From positions 62,415,619 through 62,443,432 of the forward strand of contig NC_057718.1 of the NCBI RefSeq assembly GCF_004010195.1: a DNA stretch of 27,814 nt, given 5' to 3'. The DNA comes from Chiloscyllium plagiosum. Its lineage: Eukaryota. Positions 10,257 to 23,274 of this stretch are shown one piece after another. Made by a program: the position numbers and the translations under genes. Within the stretch, counting starts at the first letter, position 1. The number at the start of each line of letters is the position of its first letter. The notes beneath the pieces are model-generated. The model saw only the letters and a program-made list of their open reading frames with translations. It was not told the origin of the DNA and made no database searches.

Positions 10257-11469
10257 GGGTATATTGCATTTAGATTTCCAGAAGGTATTTGAGGAGGTGC
10301 CACACCAAAGATTATTGCTAGTGGTGTCAGGGGGTAACATAGTGGCATGGATGGAAGATTGGCTTGCTCATAGAAATCAGAGAATAGAAATAAGTGGGTC
10401 TTTTTCAGACTGGCAGGATGTTACAAGTGGTGTGCCACAGGAGGCAGTGCTGGGGTATCAACTCCACAATTGATTTGACTGATTTGGATGGAGGTATTTA
10501 TGGAGGTCAGTAGCTAAACCTGCTGATGACACAAACATAGGTAGGCAAGTGGATTGTGAAGAGGACATAAGGAGTCTACAAAGGGGTATAAATAAACTAA
10601 GTGATTGGGCAAAGATCTGGCAAGTACAATACAATATGGGAAAGTGTGAAATTGTCCACTTTGGCAAAAAGAATAAAAAAGCACATTATCTAAATGGTGG
10701 GATGTTGCAGATCTTTGAGATGCAGAGAGATCCTAATGCATGAATCACAGAATATTAGTACGTAGGTATAGCAAGCAATCAGGAAAACTAATAGAATGTT
10801 ATGCTTTATTCCAAGGGTAACTAAATCAACAGTAGGGAGGTTATGCTTCAGTTATACAAGGCACTGGTGAGACCACTTCTGGAGTTCTTTGTACATCCTT
10901 TATTGACAGAAGGATGTTAATGCATTGGAAGCAGTCCAAAGAAGGTTTACTAGATGAATACCTGGAAAGAAGAGATGAGGTAAGGCTAGACAAGCTAGGT
11001 CTGTATCCTCTGGAGTTTAGAAGAATCAGAACTGATTTAATTGAAACATATAAGATCCTGAGGGGACTTGACCACGTGGATGTTGAAAGGATGGTTCCCC
11101 TTGTAGAAGAGTCGAGAACTAGATATTATAGTTCAAAAATAAGGGTGGTATCTATTTAAAACAGAGAGGAGGAAACAGTTTTTTTTCTCTGAGGGTTGTG
11201 AGTCTTTGCAATTCCGTTCCTCAGTGGATGCAGCATCTTTAAGTATTTTTAAAGCAGAGGTGGATTGATTCTTGATTAGCAAGGTGATGAAAGATTATCA
11301 GGGATATGCAGGAATGTAGAGAGGGTGAAAATCAAATTAACCATGATAGTTCTGAATAGCAGAGGGCCAAGTGGCCTGCTCTTGTCCCTGTCTGTATGTT
11401 AATACATGTTGCCTATCAGTATTCCTCCCACTTATTACCTCTACCATTTCCATTTTCACTAATACCTCA

Positions 11470-11760
11470 TAGGCATCCTTTTCCTTGGTCAAGTATTGAT
11501 TCAGCATTCTCACCTTGTTCAGACTTTCAGTTCACCAGACCCACCTCAATCCCCAATATCAGATTCAGCAATACCTCTTTAGTCATTTGACCAAAAACTT
11601 ACTGGATAAGCTTCAGAAATTCTTCCCCTCCTTTCCTTTTACTCTAACATTATCTCAATTGATACATGGGTAATTAAAGCCCCTCCCCTGCTACTCCCAT
11701 AAAATAACACTCAAGAATTCTTACAGATCTCTGATTTCCTTACAAATTTATTTTTGATCT
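11470..11760 (-). mobile_element. Old CR1 AP-endonuclease fragment
   Basis: ICKEIR..GGFNYPCIN*DNVRVKGKEGKNF (decayed GDFNYP.IDW). Confidence 0.55.
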
Positions 11761-11899
11761 TCTCTTCCATCACCTCACCTCATGTCTCTTTTCTTTCTTG
11801 TTCCAAGCACTTTGTATCTGTTTTAATGAACTCTTTTATGATGTATCCATTTTTGCCACAAGAGCCAGCACTTTGTGAACATTAACGTGTATAGACAGT

Positions 11900-12950
11900 T
11901 CCAAGGGAGTTCAAAGTATTCCATTTAATTCTGCGTGGAATTAGGAGTGGACTCTTTTCCAAAAGCTTCAATAGGTCAGTCAGGACAGTTCAGGGATCAC
12001 TGAAGAAGATTTCAAAGGAAATAGACAGTAAAGCTGGAAGTAATGAGGAAGAGGAACAGAGAGAAGCAGACTCTCTGTTAGTCAGTGCTGCTGTTACTTA
12101 TGTTTCAAAAGGCAACTGCACCACATGGGTTCAGAGTACTTGGGGCTAGATCAGAGGAATAACTTTGTAGTGACAGCTCAGGAAATTCCAGGGAACCTTG
12201 GAGTTCAGAAAAGGCTCTGGGCCACAAATAGTTCAGTGCAGCAGAGAATAGGGGTTGAAAATTCACAAGCAGTATTTGTTTTGTGCAAATGAGCAAGATT
12301 AGAGCTCATGAAAAATCCAGGGGTTGTACTTATTCGGTGAAGTTGGTGAATAGCTAAAGTTGTATCTATGCTTAAATACTGGTGTGCAATTTCCAAGAAT
12401 CGAAGGGAACATAGTCCTAAGAAAGAAAAGCAGACTACACACCTTGAGTGTCATTAAGACAGTGCATGACAGAGCACCTTTTGAGAGAGTTTCAAGGCCA
12501 GGTCATTGAAAGTGAAGAATTGTGATCCCTTGTGAACTTTAAGTAAGATTTGGTTACTATGTCAATAGTATCTATGGGGTTGCTGAAAAATACACGGGAT
12601 TTGTCTGATCACAGTTGCTATCTGACGTGTTGTGTAAGATGTTCCACCATTGATTGTCTCTTACCTATATTTGCCTCATGTTAAGTTTGGGATGTTAGAA
12701 TATGTGTTATTTATCTTTACACGGTCCAAACCTTTTTTTTTTGGCAATTATCTTTGCAAGTTTGTTTCAGTAACTTTAATATGTAATAAATAATTCAATT
12801 GATGGAAGAAACCTAGCTAAATTGTTTCTACATCTAGTCTAAAATCTATAAATTGGTCATAGTACCACATTTGATAAATTGAAAGTTTTATATGATCACT
12901 GGAAGATTAGAACTGGAAAGGAAATGGTATACTTCTGCAACCTCAGTTGT
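11900..12950 (+). mobile_element. Possible old solo LTR
   Basis: Non-coding, AATAAA near 12785, 3' end resembles shark LTR ends as I recall them; boundaries uncertain. Confidence 0.25.
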
Positions 12951-13059
12951 ACTGCTTTTACATAATTTTCTATTATTGTCACAACAGTTATATGTATATT
13001 GTCACTCAATAATCCTAATTACTATACTTTGTGACCGTACGTACATGCATTCTACACCT

Positions 13060-14575
13060 GTCATACAGTCACACAGCATGGAAACTGACCTTTCAGTCCA
13101 ACCAGTCCATGACAATATAATGCCAAACTAAACTAGTCCCACCTGCCTGCTCCTAGCCCTATACAAACCTTTCCTATTCATGTACTTAGCTACATACCTT
13201 TTAAACATTGTACCTGAGCCCACATCCACCATTCCTCTGGAAGTTCATTCTAATTGCGAACTGTTCTCTGTGTAAAATATTTGCCCCTCAAAATACCACC
13301 CTTGAAATACCACCCTTAAGGAAAACACACATACCATTAACCTTATTTATAGCCCTCATGATTTTATAAACCTTTATAAGGTCACCTCTCAACGTCCTAC
13401 ACTCAGTGAAAAAAATCCCAGCCTATTGAGTACAGGAGTTCGAAGGTCATGTTGCGGCTGTACAGAACATTGTTTAGGCCACTTTTGGAATATTGCGTGC
13501 AATTCTGGTTTCCTTCCTATTGGAAAGATGTTGTGAAACTTGAAAGGGTTCAGATAAGATTTACAAGGATGTTGCCAGGGTTGGAGGATTTGAGTAATAG
13601 GGAGAGGTTGAAAAGGCTGGGGCTATTTTCCCTGGAGCATTGGAGGGGTGACCTTATAGAGGTTTATAAAATCATAAGGGACATGGAAAAGGTAAATAGA
13701 TAAGGTATTTTCCCTGGGGTGGGGGAGTCCAGAACTAGAGGGCATAGGTTTAGGGTGAGAGGGGAAAGATATAAAAGAGACCTAAGGGGCAACTTTTTCA
13801 CGCAGAGTGGTGCATGTTTGGAATGAGCTACCAGAGGAAGTGGTGGAGGCTGGTACAATTACAACATTGGATGGGTGTATGAATAGAAAGAGTTTGGAGG
13901 GAAATGGGGTGGGTGCTGGCAGGTGGGACTAGATTGGGTTGGGATAACTGGTCAGCATGGATGAGTTGGACCGAAGGGTCTGTTTCCGTGCTATACATCT
14001 CTATGATTCTATGACTCTACCCAGCCTCTCCTTATAACTCAAACCTTCCTTACCCACAATATTCTGGTAAATCTCTTCTGAACCTTCTCTGGCTTAATAA
14101 TATCCTTCGTATAATATGGTAATCAGAACTGGACACAGTATGCCAGGCGAAGGCTCACCAATGTCCTGCATGATCTCAACATGACTTCCCAACTGCTATA
14201 CTCAAGGGACTGAGCAATGAAGGCAAGTGTGTTAAACACATTTTTAACCACCTTGTCTATATGTGATGCAAACTTAAGAGAATTATTTCTCTGAACTCTC
14301 TTCAGTCCCTCTGTTTTACAACACAACCCAAAGCTTTACCATTAATTGCATAAGTTCTGCCTCTGTTTGTTGTACAAAAATGCAATACCTTGCATTTATC
14401 CAAACTGAACTCTGTCATTTTTCAGTCCATTGACCCATTTGATCAACACCGCTTTGTAATCTTAGAAAATCTTCTTCACTGTCTATTAGGTGACCAATTT
14501 TGGCGTCATTCATAAACGTACTAAGCATGCTTTCTATATTCTCATCCAAATCATTTATATGAATGACAAACAAAC
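13060..14575 (-). mobile_element. CR1 LINE 3' portion (older), host of a nested CR1
   Basis: Minus-strand HIDKVVK..LAFIAQSLEY..LVSLRLAYCVQF; 3' tail at 13060. Confidence 0.88.
13425..14019 (+). mobile_element. Younger CR1 3' fragment nested antiparallel
   Basis: MLRLYRTLFRPLLEYCVQFW; (ctatga)n-type tail; TSD CCCAGCCT (13417-13424, 14020-14027). Confidence 0.92.
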
Positions 14576-14659
14576 ATGATCTTTCTTTTTCTGCTATCTA
14601 AAATGCTACTTCTTTCTGACATGGTTTTATGTACATTATGCCTCTTTTTACATTATATA

Positions 14660-15030
14660 AGCTGATGCCCACCTCCATGCAAATTTAGTCTAAACCCTTT
14701 CCAAACACAAAACTGAAATTCCCCCGAGGACATTAGTCTCAATTCTGTTGAGGGTCAGTGTGTTCCTATTGAACAAGTGCTTTCTGTCTGAGAAATCGCC
14801 CCAATGCTCCAAAAAGCTGAAGTCTGCCCTCTTGCACCAGGCCTCAAGCTACGCATTGATTCTCCCCTTCTTCCTATTTCTACTCTCATTGATATGTGGC
14901 ACTATCAATAATTCAGGGATTACTACCTCTGAGATCGTTTTTTTAACTTCTTCCTTCGGTTCGGAAAGTCTGACCTTAAGGCCTCAACACTTGCCTTCTA
15001 TGGTTTTGTTGCTGATCTGTACCATGACAT
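14660..15030 (-). mobile_element. CR1 ORF1 esterase-domain remnant
   Basis: EVVIPELLIVP...INA*LEAWCKRADFSFLEHWGDFSDRKHLFNRNTLTLNRIETNVLG. Confidence 0.65.
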
Positions 15031-15779
15031 CTGGCTTACCCCTTTCCCTTTGTATATATTCTGCACTTCTCAATTTCTTCTTTGATTAGTTCAGGATGTT
15101 GTCCATTGTTATTTTGCTTTGTGTGTACAATTTCATCTTTTGTTATTGTGCCCATTTACAAACTTTATCTCGCTCCTTTTTCTTCAGTCCTTCGCTGCTT
15201 CATTAGATTTACTTATATTTCCCTCAATCTAATATCAAGTGCAAGTCGAGTTTCTAAATCCAAGTAATTGCTATGAACTATAAGCACTACTAACTCAGCT
15301 ACAATTCCTGAAACCCTTTATTTTCTAATCCCCATCATTTACATTAATTCTTTAACAAGTGCACACTTCCTATTTGTTAGATATTTTAATATCCAGAAAC
15401 AATTCTCACACATTTAAGTTGATGTAGTAATCCATTGTGAGGACATTTTCAAAGGCATTCTGGAAGTTTAGGTATGCCATGTTATAAAATTTACAAAATA
15501 ACACTTAATTAAACAATTCCTCAAAGCATCTGAGTCAACAGTCGAATCACACAAGTAGTAGGTCCTTCACGACACAACAATAAACATCAAAGGTGGAATT
15601 TAATGCACCAGACGCAGGTCCTGCCAATATATCCAGAAGTGGGTGGACTTGCTGTTCCCAGCAGGAAACACTTTCTGTATGCAATTATACAGTGGACAGA
15701 CATTGCAGAAGTTTAGCAATTATGCACCTGGAATGGACAGGATGTTGGCCAATCTGTCATTAATGATAAATGCACAGAT

Positions 15780-16256
15780 TATCTCAATCTGAAACTTTGT
15801 TTCTCTTCACAAATACTGCATAACCTGCTGAACACTTTGGGCATCTTTTGCTGATCCTACCATTACACACTCATAATGCTGCAATGTCACTACATATTGT
15901 TTATACAACCATCAACCTATTGACTACCATCTCAACTTGTATCAGCCTTGAAACTCTTTCCATCACATTTGGCTTTTATTTCATCATGCACGAGCTGTCC
16001 TGTATCACACAACAATCTCCTACCCACCTTTACCTCTATCCCACTTTTTGCCAGTCACTAAAATATGCAGATATTGGAGAACTGAAATAAAGACTGAAAG
16101 AGATAACAGCAACAGAGAAAGAAACAAAGTTAGCATTTCAAGTTCAGTACATCTTCCAAAGATGTCATATTCAACATGAAATGTTAACTTTGTTTCTCTC
16201 TCCACAGACACTGCCAGACCAGCTGAGCTTCTCCAGCAATTTCTGTTTTATTTCCA
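15780..16256. mobile_element. Old PLE terminal-repeat remnants including a head-to-head inverted pair (16060-16256)
   Basis: gaaacaaagttagcatttca pairs with tgaaatgttaactttgtttc; tail ctgccagaccagctgagcttctccagc as at 772. Confidence 0.6.
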
Positions 16257-17559
16257 TTGGTCACCTTCAATTTGCCTTCCATCACTCTCGACTTCCCCTT
16301 GTACAAACATGACCTGCCTTCTCTTTTTGAGATGTGCCCTACTGTTTCTCAGCCAACATTCTTTCTTTTATCAACAAGAGCCTGCATAATGAAATTCCTC
16401 ATTCTCCTCTCCCCTACTCCATTAGCATTTCCAATGAACAAAAAGCAGATCCAAATCACTTAAATCCATCTCAAGGACTGGTTTTTCCTGCCAGTTTTAA
16501 CCAGGTGTGTGACCGAAGGTCTGTCTTCACCATTTGTCTAACATTCATGGAGGTATCAGTTAAACTGGAAAGCTTGCACTTTAATGAGAATATAATTGCA
16601 TGTTAATGTACTTCAATCACATTTCCATTATTTGTTATCTTGATGTCACCCTGCCACCAAGCTAAGACTGATACAATCCAACTCATTCCAACATCAGGAA
16701 ATTGAAACTTTCCTTCCTTACAATTCAGCACTCCTGTGAGCCTTTACCACCATTCCATCAGTCATTGTAGAATTCCACCCCACGGTTCTCGTAACAGTAA
16801 TAACAACATATAATCTTGAACTTTGACATTATTTTCATATGACTGTTATTCTGACAGCACTAATTGCAGCACGTTGAGCTGACAGCAATTTACATAAGTA
16901 TTGCCATGAGATAGTTTGATAAGGTAAGCTGATTTAAATCATCACATGTACTCTGTTCAAAGGCAGGTTCCTCTCTCATTCCTCTTTAGGTATTTTCATT
17001 TTCTAAGAACTTTCATAATTTTACAAGTCATCCATTATTGATATTCTTTTTCTTTTCCTCTTTTTGCTTCAGCTCTTTCCTTCATTACATTTTGCCAGCC
17101 CATTTCTTTTTGAAATGTGCCCTGCTCTATTTCTCTCCATTTTTCAAACTTTATTCAGCAAATTCCTTTGATTATTCACTCCTTACCATTTTATCACTTG
17201 TTTTCCTGTCCAGCTGATCCTTTCTTTTCTTCCCCAAACCCAAATGACAAAGCTAGTTAGAAAATCTATTTCCTCTTTCCTTAACTTCCAAGATCGACAT
17301 CCAAATATAGTATGCTGTTCATAAACTTGTTGAGTTGGTTATTCAGCTTTCTGGTCAGCAACTTTCCTTGTTATTATGTGCAGTCTGTCTCATCGCTAGA
17401 CTTGCTCTTATTTCTTAGTGGTCAAAGACAAAAGAGACTGAAAACATTTTTGACATGTAATCATGTAACTATACTATAGTTAACTGTAATGAGTGCAAAT
17501 GCTTTGAGGCTACTCCAGATGTATAGTTGGGCAGAAATTCATAAAATTGCTGAGAATAT

Positions 17560-17836
17560 AAAAACATAAGAAATAGGAGAAGGAATAGGCCGTCTGGCTC
17601 GTTGGGCCTGGTACACATTCAATAAGATCATGGCTAATCTTACAGCGGACCCAGCTCCACTTAATCACCCGTTCACAAAAACCCTTAATTCCTTTACTTG
17701 CAAAAATCTATTTATCTTTGCCTTAAAAACATTCAGTGAGATTGCCTCACTTGCTTCACTGGGCAGCGAATTCCACAGATTCACAATTCTTTGGGTGAAG
17801 AAGTGAATCTGTGGAATTCCCTGCCCAGAGAAGCAA
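17560..17836 (-). mobile_element. CR1 3' fragment with inverted duplication at its truncated 5' end
   Basis: CR1 tail at 17560; 34-bp arms 17751-17784 and 17803-17836. Confidence 0.8.
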
Positions 17837-17959
17837 ATTCATCTGAGAGATTGTCAGTTAACTGACATCAAACACTTTAAAAGCTCTTGAAATTTGGAAC
17901 AAAACATCCAAAAGGTGGATTCTGATAACTATATTCAATTTTCACCTCATGAGCATCTC

Positions 17960-18740
17960 TGATTTTATGCACTCTATCTTTGGTGGCCATGCCTTCATAG
18001 GCTAGACCTTAATCTATGAAATTTCCTACCTCTCACCTCTCACATTTACAGAGAGTCATAGAGATGTACAGCACAGAAACAGACCTTTCGGTCCAACTCA
18101 TCCACGCCGTCCAGATATCCCAACCCAATCTAGTCCCACCTGCCAGCATCCGGCACATATCCCTCCAAACCCTTCATATTCATATACCCATCCAGATGCC
18201 TTTTAAATGTTGCAATTGTACCAGCCTCCACCACTTCCTCTGGCAGCTCATTCCATATACCACCCTCTGCCTGAAAAGGTTGCCCCTTAGGTCTCTCTTA
18301 TATCTTTCCCCTCTCACCGTAAACCTATGCCCTCTAGTTCTGGACTCCCCCACCCCAGGGAAAAGACCTTGTCTATCCATGCGCCTCATGATTTTATAAA
18401 CTTCTATAACATCATCCCTCAGCTTCCGACGCTCCAGGGAAAACAGCCCCAGCCTATGCAACTTCTCCCTATAGCTCAAATCCTCCAACCCTGGCAACAT
18501 CCTTGTAAATCTTTTCTGAACACTTTCAAAGTTCATAACATCCTTCCGAAAGGAAGGAGACCAGAATTGCATCATCTTCATGCTTTTTCCTTTAAGAACA
18601 TACGTCTTTAACCAAAGCCTTTGGGCTTCTGACCTAATATCACCTAATATGGTTCAGAGTCATATCTTGTTTTATAACACTCCTGTTTTTCACCTTGCAG
18701 TGTTTTGATATACTAAAGATGCTTTAAAAATAAATATTAT
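17960..18740 (+). mobile_element. L2 LINE 3' remnant split by a CR1
   Basis: ggtggccatgccttc...tctttaaccaaagcctttgg...taaagatgctttaaaaataaa resembles an L2 3' end. Confidence 0.55.
18049..18573 (-). mobile_element. Young CR1 3' fragment
   Basis: MQFWSPSFRKD...VQKRFTRMLPGLEDLSY...; close match to 24921-25470. Confidence 0.92.
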
Positions 18741-18759
18741 ATGGTGAGTGAACGACATG

Positions 18760-20295
18760 TAAACTTCCAGCTGATTAGCGAAAGCAAGAAATTTGTCAAG
18801 GACAGGTTATGCCTGATGCATCTGTTTGAATTTTTTGAGAGGTGACTAAAGAAGTGAATAGGGAAATGTCTATGGATAACATTTACATGTCCTTCCAGAA
18901 ACTATTATAAAGTTCCTTGTAAGTCTGGAACTAAAGAACTTGAAACAAGTGTAAATGTAGGGAGATTTTACTGCAGCTGTATGAAGAAATAGTGAGACCA
19001 CATTTGAAGTACTGTGAACAATTTTCATTTGCTATTTGAAAAAGAAGACACAATTGCTTTAGAAATTCAGAAAAAGTTCCCTCAATTTGTTCCTTGGATG
19101 AAAGGGTTAGCTTATGAAAAAAATATTTTAAAAGGATAGTTCTAAACCTATTGGAGTTTAGGAAAATGAGAGGTGAAATTGTAACATCTGAAATCCTGAA
19201 GGAACTAGGAACTGGATATGTGAATTCCTGGAGGATGCTTCTTCTTGAAGGAGAGAGTAAAACCAGGGGACATTGTTTCAGAATAATAGGTCTCCTTTTA
19301 AGACAGGCATGAAGAGACTTTTTTTTCCCCTTATAGGATTGTCAAAGAAGATAGTGATAGCTGATCTTTAAATTTATTTAAGCCTCAGTTCAATAGATAT
19401 TTTGTAAGTAAGTGAGTCAAGGGTCATGAGGTGCAGACAGAAAAGCAGAGCTCAGACCACAGGCAGATTGGCTATGTTCATATGCAAAATGATAAATTGA
19501 CAAGATTACTTGAATGGACAAAACTGTGGCAAATGTCTTTCAATGTGGACGTAAAAAAAAACACTTTTCAAATGTTGAAAAGCTAGAAATAAAGAATGTC
19601 TAAAATAAAACATGGGTCTAAGTATAAAGATCATAACATACCATAAACAAGTACAGAACATAATCAAAAAAGCTAATATAATTATTTATATCTCATGAAA
19701 TAGAATTCACTATTTAAAGTGCTCATTTACTATGAATGGTCCTGGAGAAGGATGGAGACAAAGAAGGAAGGAAAGCAAGGAAAGAATGTTTGCTTTTATG
19801 TATCATTTTCATGACCAGCATACATCTCCATGTGCTATTCAGCAAGAGTAGACACTGTTGTGTAGGACAAGTAGAATTGTGTTCCCTGGAATTTAGAAAA
19901 TTAAAGGGCAATTTGATTGAAGTTTCAAGCACAAAGGGGAATAGATGGGCTAGATTAGAAGGAATCTATTTTCACGAGTTGTGGACTCTCGGAATAGGTG
20001 GCACAGTCCAAACATAAACAGCCAAGCTTTTCAGCTGTGAAATAAGAAACACCTTTCATACAGAGGGTGGTAGAAGTTTAGAACTTTTTTTTCACATTAC
20101 AATTGATGCTAGACTATTTATTAATTTTAAAAATAAGATTGATAGATTTTTATTTATCAAAGGGATTAAGTAATACAAGGCAAAGGTGGGTAAAGGAGTT
20201 AGGTCACGGGTAAGCCATAATTTCAATGAATGGCGAAAACAGTTTCAAGTGATAAATGTACCATTTCTGTCCCTGTATTCTTATGTTCCTATGTT
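18760..20295 (+). mobile_element. Two or more old CR1 fragments in tandem
   Basis: LYEEIVRPHLKYCEQF; SLEFRKLKGNLIEV; 3' tail ttcttatgttcctatgtt at ~20290. Confidence 0.7.
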
Positions 20296-20375
20296 AAACA
20301 TATATTTTATTCTGAACGATCAGAGAATAAAACCACACTGAGAATTGATGAACATTGCTGTTCAGCCTGCTTTAC

Positions 20376-20507
20376 CTTATGTTGCAATAGTTCAGTGATA
20401 TTGGTTATGATTACATCTTTTTCTTTTAGCTGTGTTTTCAGTTGTGCGGTTTCTTTTTCCAGTATACAGATTCTTTCCATCAGCTGTTTTTGATCATACA
20501 TAGAAAC
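20376..20507 (-). CDS. Coding exon VSMYDQKQLMERICILEKETAQLKTQLKEKDVIITNITELLQHK
   Basis: Acceptor catgatttgtag, donor AAG|gtaaag; 132 nt, phase 0-0; leucine heptads. Confidence 0.85.
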
Positions 20508-20653
20508 CTACAAATCATGAATGACGGTGTAATAAAATAATGAACATTTTTGTACTCAATTCAAAAGATGAGGATATTTGAATAAATAACTCTCTGCTGC
20601 CCATTAGCATGTGTAAAATTCATCATTACTTGGTCCAGGATACCATTTGTGAG

Positions 20654-20810
20654 TAACAATGAAAGTGCTAAAAGTACTCAGGAAGTTTTGCAGCATCTGT
20701 GAACAGGGTTAACATTTCAAGTTGAATATGACCCTTTATTTTAAATGTTCTGCAGAAGAGTCACATTTGATTTTAACATTAAGTGATCCAGAATATGTTA
20801 CTTTTTATCT
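20654..20810. mobile_element. Very old inverted PLE terminal-repeat pair
   Basis: gcagcatctgtg..gttaacatttcaagttgaatatgaccc (minus arm) next to gttctgcagaagagtcac (plus arm). Confidence 0.45.
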
Positions 20811-21017
20811 ATTGTTTTCATATACTAATTCAATTTCCCTTAAATTATGTTAATCTGAACCTCGATAGCCATATAATGTGACGTATTCTATTTTCTAATA
20901 AATTTGCAAAATATGTTCCAACTCCATTTTTACTGTGTTAAGTTTGAATCTTTATCTTCACTATTGTATCACCAAATATTATAAACAGCATTTAACTAGA
21001 TTTTCAAAAATTTCATA

Positions 21018-21636
21018 ATTTATGGACCACGCTAGACCCCTCAAAACATTTCAGGTAGCCCACACTCTAACTTTGCTAGTTGCTTTAAGCAGGTGTAAAG
21101 TGGATAGTCCAGGAGAAATGTTGCTTATCAAACCACTTAGTTTTATATAAAACAGAATTTATTTACAAGATTACCAAATGAAACATAAACAACAGAAAAC
21201 AGAATACTGAGAAACTTAACCTCTTCAAAAACCCAACAGATCATCTCAACTTAATTATGCTATTCAAAATACTTGCAACAATCCCCATAAACACCCCTTT
21301 GCACAAAAGGTAAAATCAAACACAGATTCTTACAAGATAGAAGTCAGAAAGAGAGTACCAGCTTGGACCTGCTTCTTTGGATCCAGCAGCTTTTTCCACA
21401 CTACTGCTAAAAACCAAATCAAACCAGAGAAAATCTAAGCTGGTAGAACTCACGTTGTACAAGTTTGTTTTTTAAACGTGAAAGCCTTCTGCCTGAGGCA
21501 GTATCTGATAGCTCATATCAAATTGGCACTAAAACTCTTCAATCCCAGATTTTTTTGGAGTCTGTGTCATTTACAACCTCTCTGAAATAAAAAGCCAAGG
21601 ACAGCATAACCTTGTTAAAACAGCAGCTTCGTCACA
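21018..21636 (-). mobile_element. Probable solo LTR
   Basis: Minus strand begins TGTGACG, has AATAAA about 140 nt before the far end, non-coding; no clear TSD. Confidence 0.45.
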
Positions 21637-21639
21637 CCT

Positions 21640-22180
21640 TTTAATCCCATCTATTGCAATAAAATGCTCCAAACTTCCAAATCCTTATAAATATAATTGC
21701 TCATTCATTCTACCATTCTAGTGGTACTCTGCCAATTCTGAATATAAAGTACACAATCCAACTTCAGCCTCTTCCAAGTTTAGAAAACATTCAATACGGC
21801 TTCAATGTTTTTATATTCAATGCTGTTATGTAATAAAAGCATTAATTGCACTTATATTATTAGAGTTATGTTGTTTACTGCACATTTGCCTTTAAAGATC
21901 CATTACTTTGCACTCCTAGACTTCTCCATTCCTTCACTCTGTCACATTTTGCTATATGAATATTCTTTGGTTTCACTCTTACCTTTTCAGAACATATTAC
22001 ATCACACTAAACTGCATCAGCTCCTCATTTTTTCCACATTGCTCGCCCTAACCTTTTAAAATGGTTTTGCAATCTTCATACCTTCTCCTCACTATTTGCT
22101 ACCATTTGGTATCTTCATCAAACTTTTCTAGATGCAAAGGTTTCGTCGTTGCAGTCAAACTGATCATTCTTGTTGCCAAT
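21640..22180 (-). mobile_element. Very old CR1 RT fragment
   Basis: Minus strand KFDEDTK; layout like 9080-9558. Confidence 0.5.
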
Positions 22181-22379
22181 AAAGTGCAGCACAAAATATG
22201 CACGTTTCTGGATGTAAGTTTGCTCGCTGAGCTGGAAGGTTTATTTTCAGACGTTTCATACTAGGTAATATCATCAGTGAGCCTCCGGTGAAGCACAGGT
22301 GTTATGTCCTGCTCTCTATTTATGTGTTTAGGTTTCCTTGGGTTGGTGGTGTCATTTCCTGTGTTGGTGATGTCATTAC

Positions 22380-22637
22380 AAACAGTACATTGGACAAACA
22401 GGCAGAAAACTAGCCACTAGGATACATGAACATCAACTAGCCACAAAAAGACATGACTCACTATCACTCATATCCTTCCATACAGATGAGAAAGGACACT
22501 ACATTGAGTGGGACAACACATCCATCCTAGGACAAGCCGAACAGAGACACGCACGACAATTCCTAGAAGCATGGCATTCCAACCACAACTCTATCAACGA
22601 ACACATCGATTTGGACCCCATCTACTATCCTCTGTGA
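22380..22637 (+). pseudogene. PLE GIY-YIG endonuclease C-terminal fragment, no start codon
   Basis: KQYIGQTGRKLATRIHEHQLATKRHD...H..EKGH..EWDNTSIL...RQFLEAWHS..NSIN; 85 open codons. Confidence 0.88.
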
Positions 22638-22723
22638 AAAAGAACTGGAAATGACATCACTAACCCAAAGAAAGCTCAACACATAAATAGAAAGCCAGAC
22701 ATAACACGCATGCTTCACTGTAG

Positions 22724-22766
22724 GCTCCCTGATGATGTTACCTAGTATGGTGATGAAATGTCTGAA
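22724..22766 (+). ncRNA. Hammerhead motif (CpG-decayed) in PLE terminal repeat
   Basis: CTGATGA T GTTACC tagtat GGTGAT GAAA TG TC; the inverted copy near 22250-22280 keeps GAAACGTC but has a helix II deletion. Confidence 0.55.
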
Positions 22767-23274
22767 AACAAACCTTCCAGCTCAGCGAGCAAACTTACAT
22801 CCAGAACCTCAACCTGACCTACAAATCTTTTCAAACCTCACTAATATGCATGTTTATATAGTCATTCAGAACTTCTCACCACTGCATAAAATATAGCATG
22901 GACGCAAAACTTGTCAAATGCCCACCAATTTTATGTGAGTATGGATACATATTTTTATGATGTTAAACAAGAATTATATGCAATTTGTAGGAATTTAGTG
23001 AATGCTGAATAAATGTATCAGCAATAGTCAGGGAGAGGGTAATACAAATCATAACAAGCTAAAAGTGATTTGAAAAGCAAAAGGATAACCACAATGACTT
23101 TACTTCAAAGAGTGATCTCATGACAAATACTTACATAGAATCAAACAGTGCCACACTTCATCAAAGATGATACTGGTAAATGATTCATTAATTTGTTCAA
23201 CGATAAAATTCCAGGAATATACAAGAACAAATTCATCAGTGGAAAGACCATTGTAAAAGCTACACTTGCTATTG

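Larger units (their letters stand above)
9559..11400 (+). mobile_element. CR1 LINE, RT to 3' end, degraded, interrupted by SINEs
   Basis: DWKITNVIPLFK, LDFQKVF, VTSGVPQEAVLG, KPADDTNIG, YKALVRPLLE, DLIETYKILRG, 3' UTR. Confidence 0.9.
22208..22842 (+). mobile_element. 5'-truncated Penelope/Poseidon-type PLE with inverted terminal repeats
   Basis: GIY-YIG fragment; arms 22206-22377 and 22650-22806; 13-bp TSD AATATGCA(C/T)GTTT (22195-22207, 22843-22855). Confidence 0.9.

Noticed and set aside
16930..17440. Purine-rich minus-strand stretch resembling coiled-coil exons
   Set aside because: Stops in the frames I examined and no matching acceptor/donor pair; probably a decayed repeat.
22206..22806. 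DNA transposon or MITE reading of the inverted repeats (also 23922-24142)
   Set aside because: Arms are asymmetric, TSDs are 12-13 bp, and GIY-YIG and hammerhead motifs show PLE origin.
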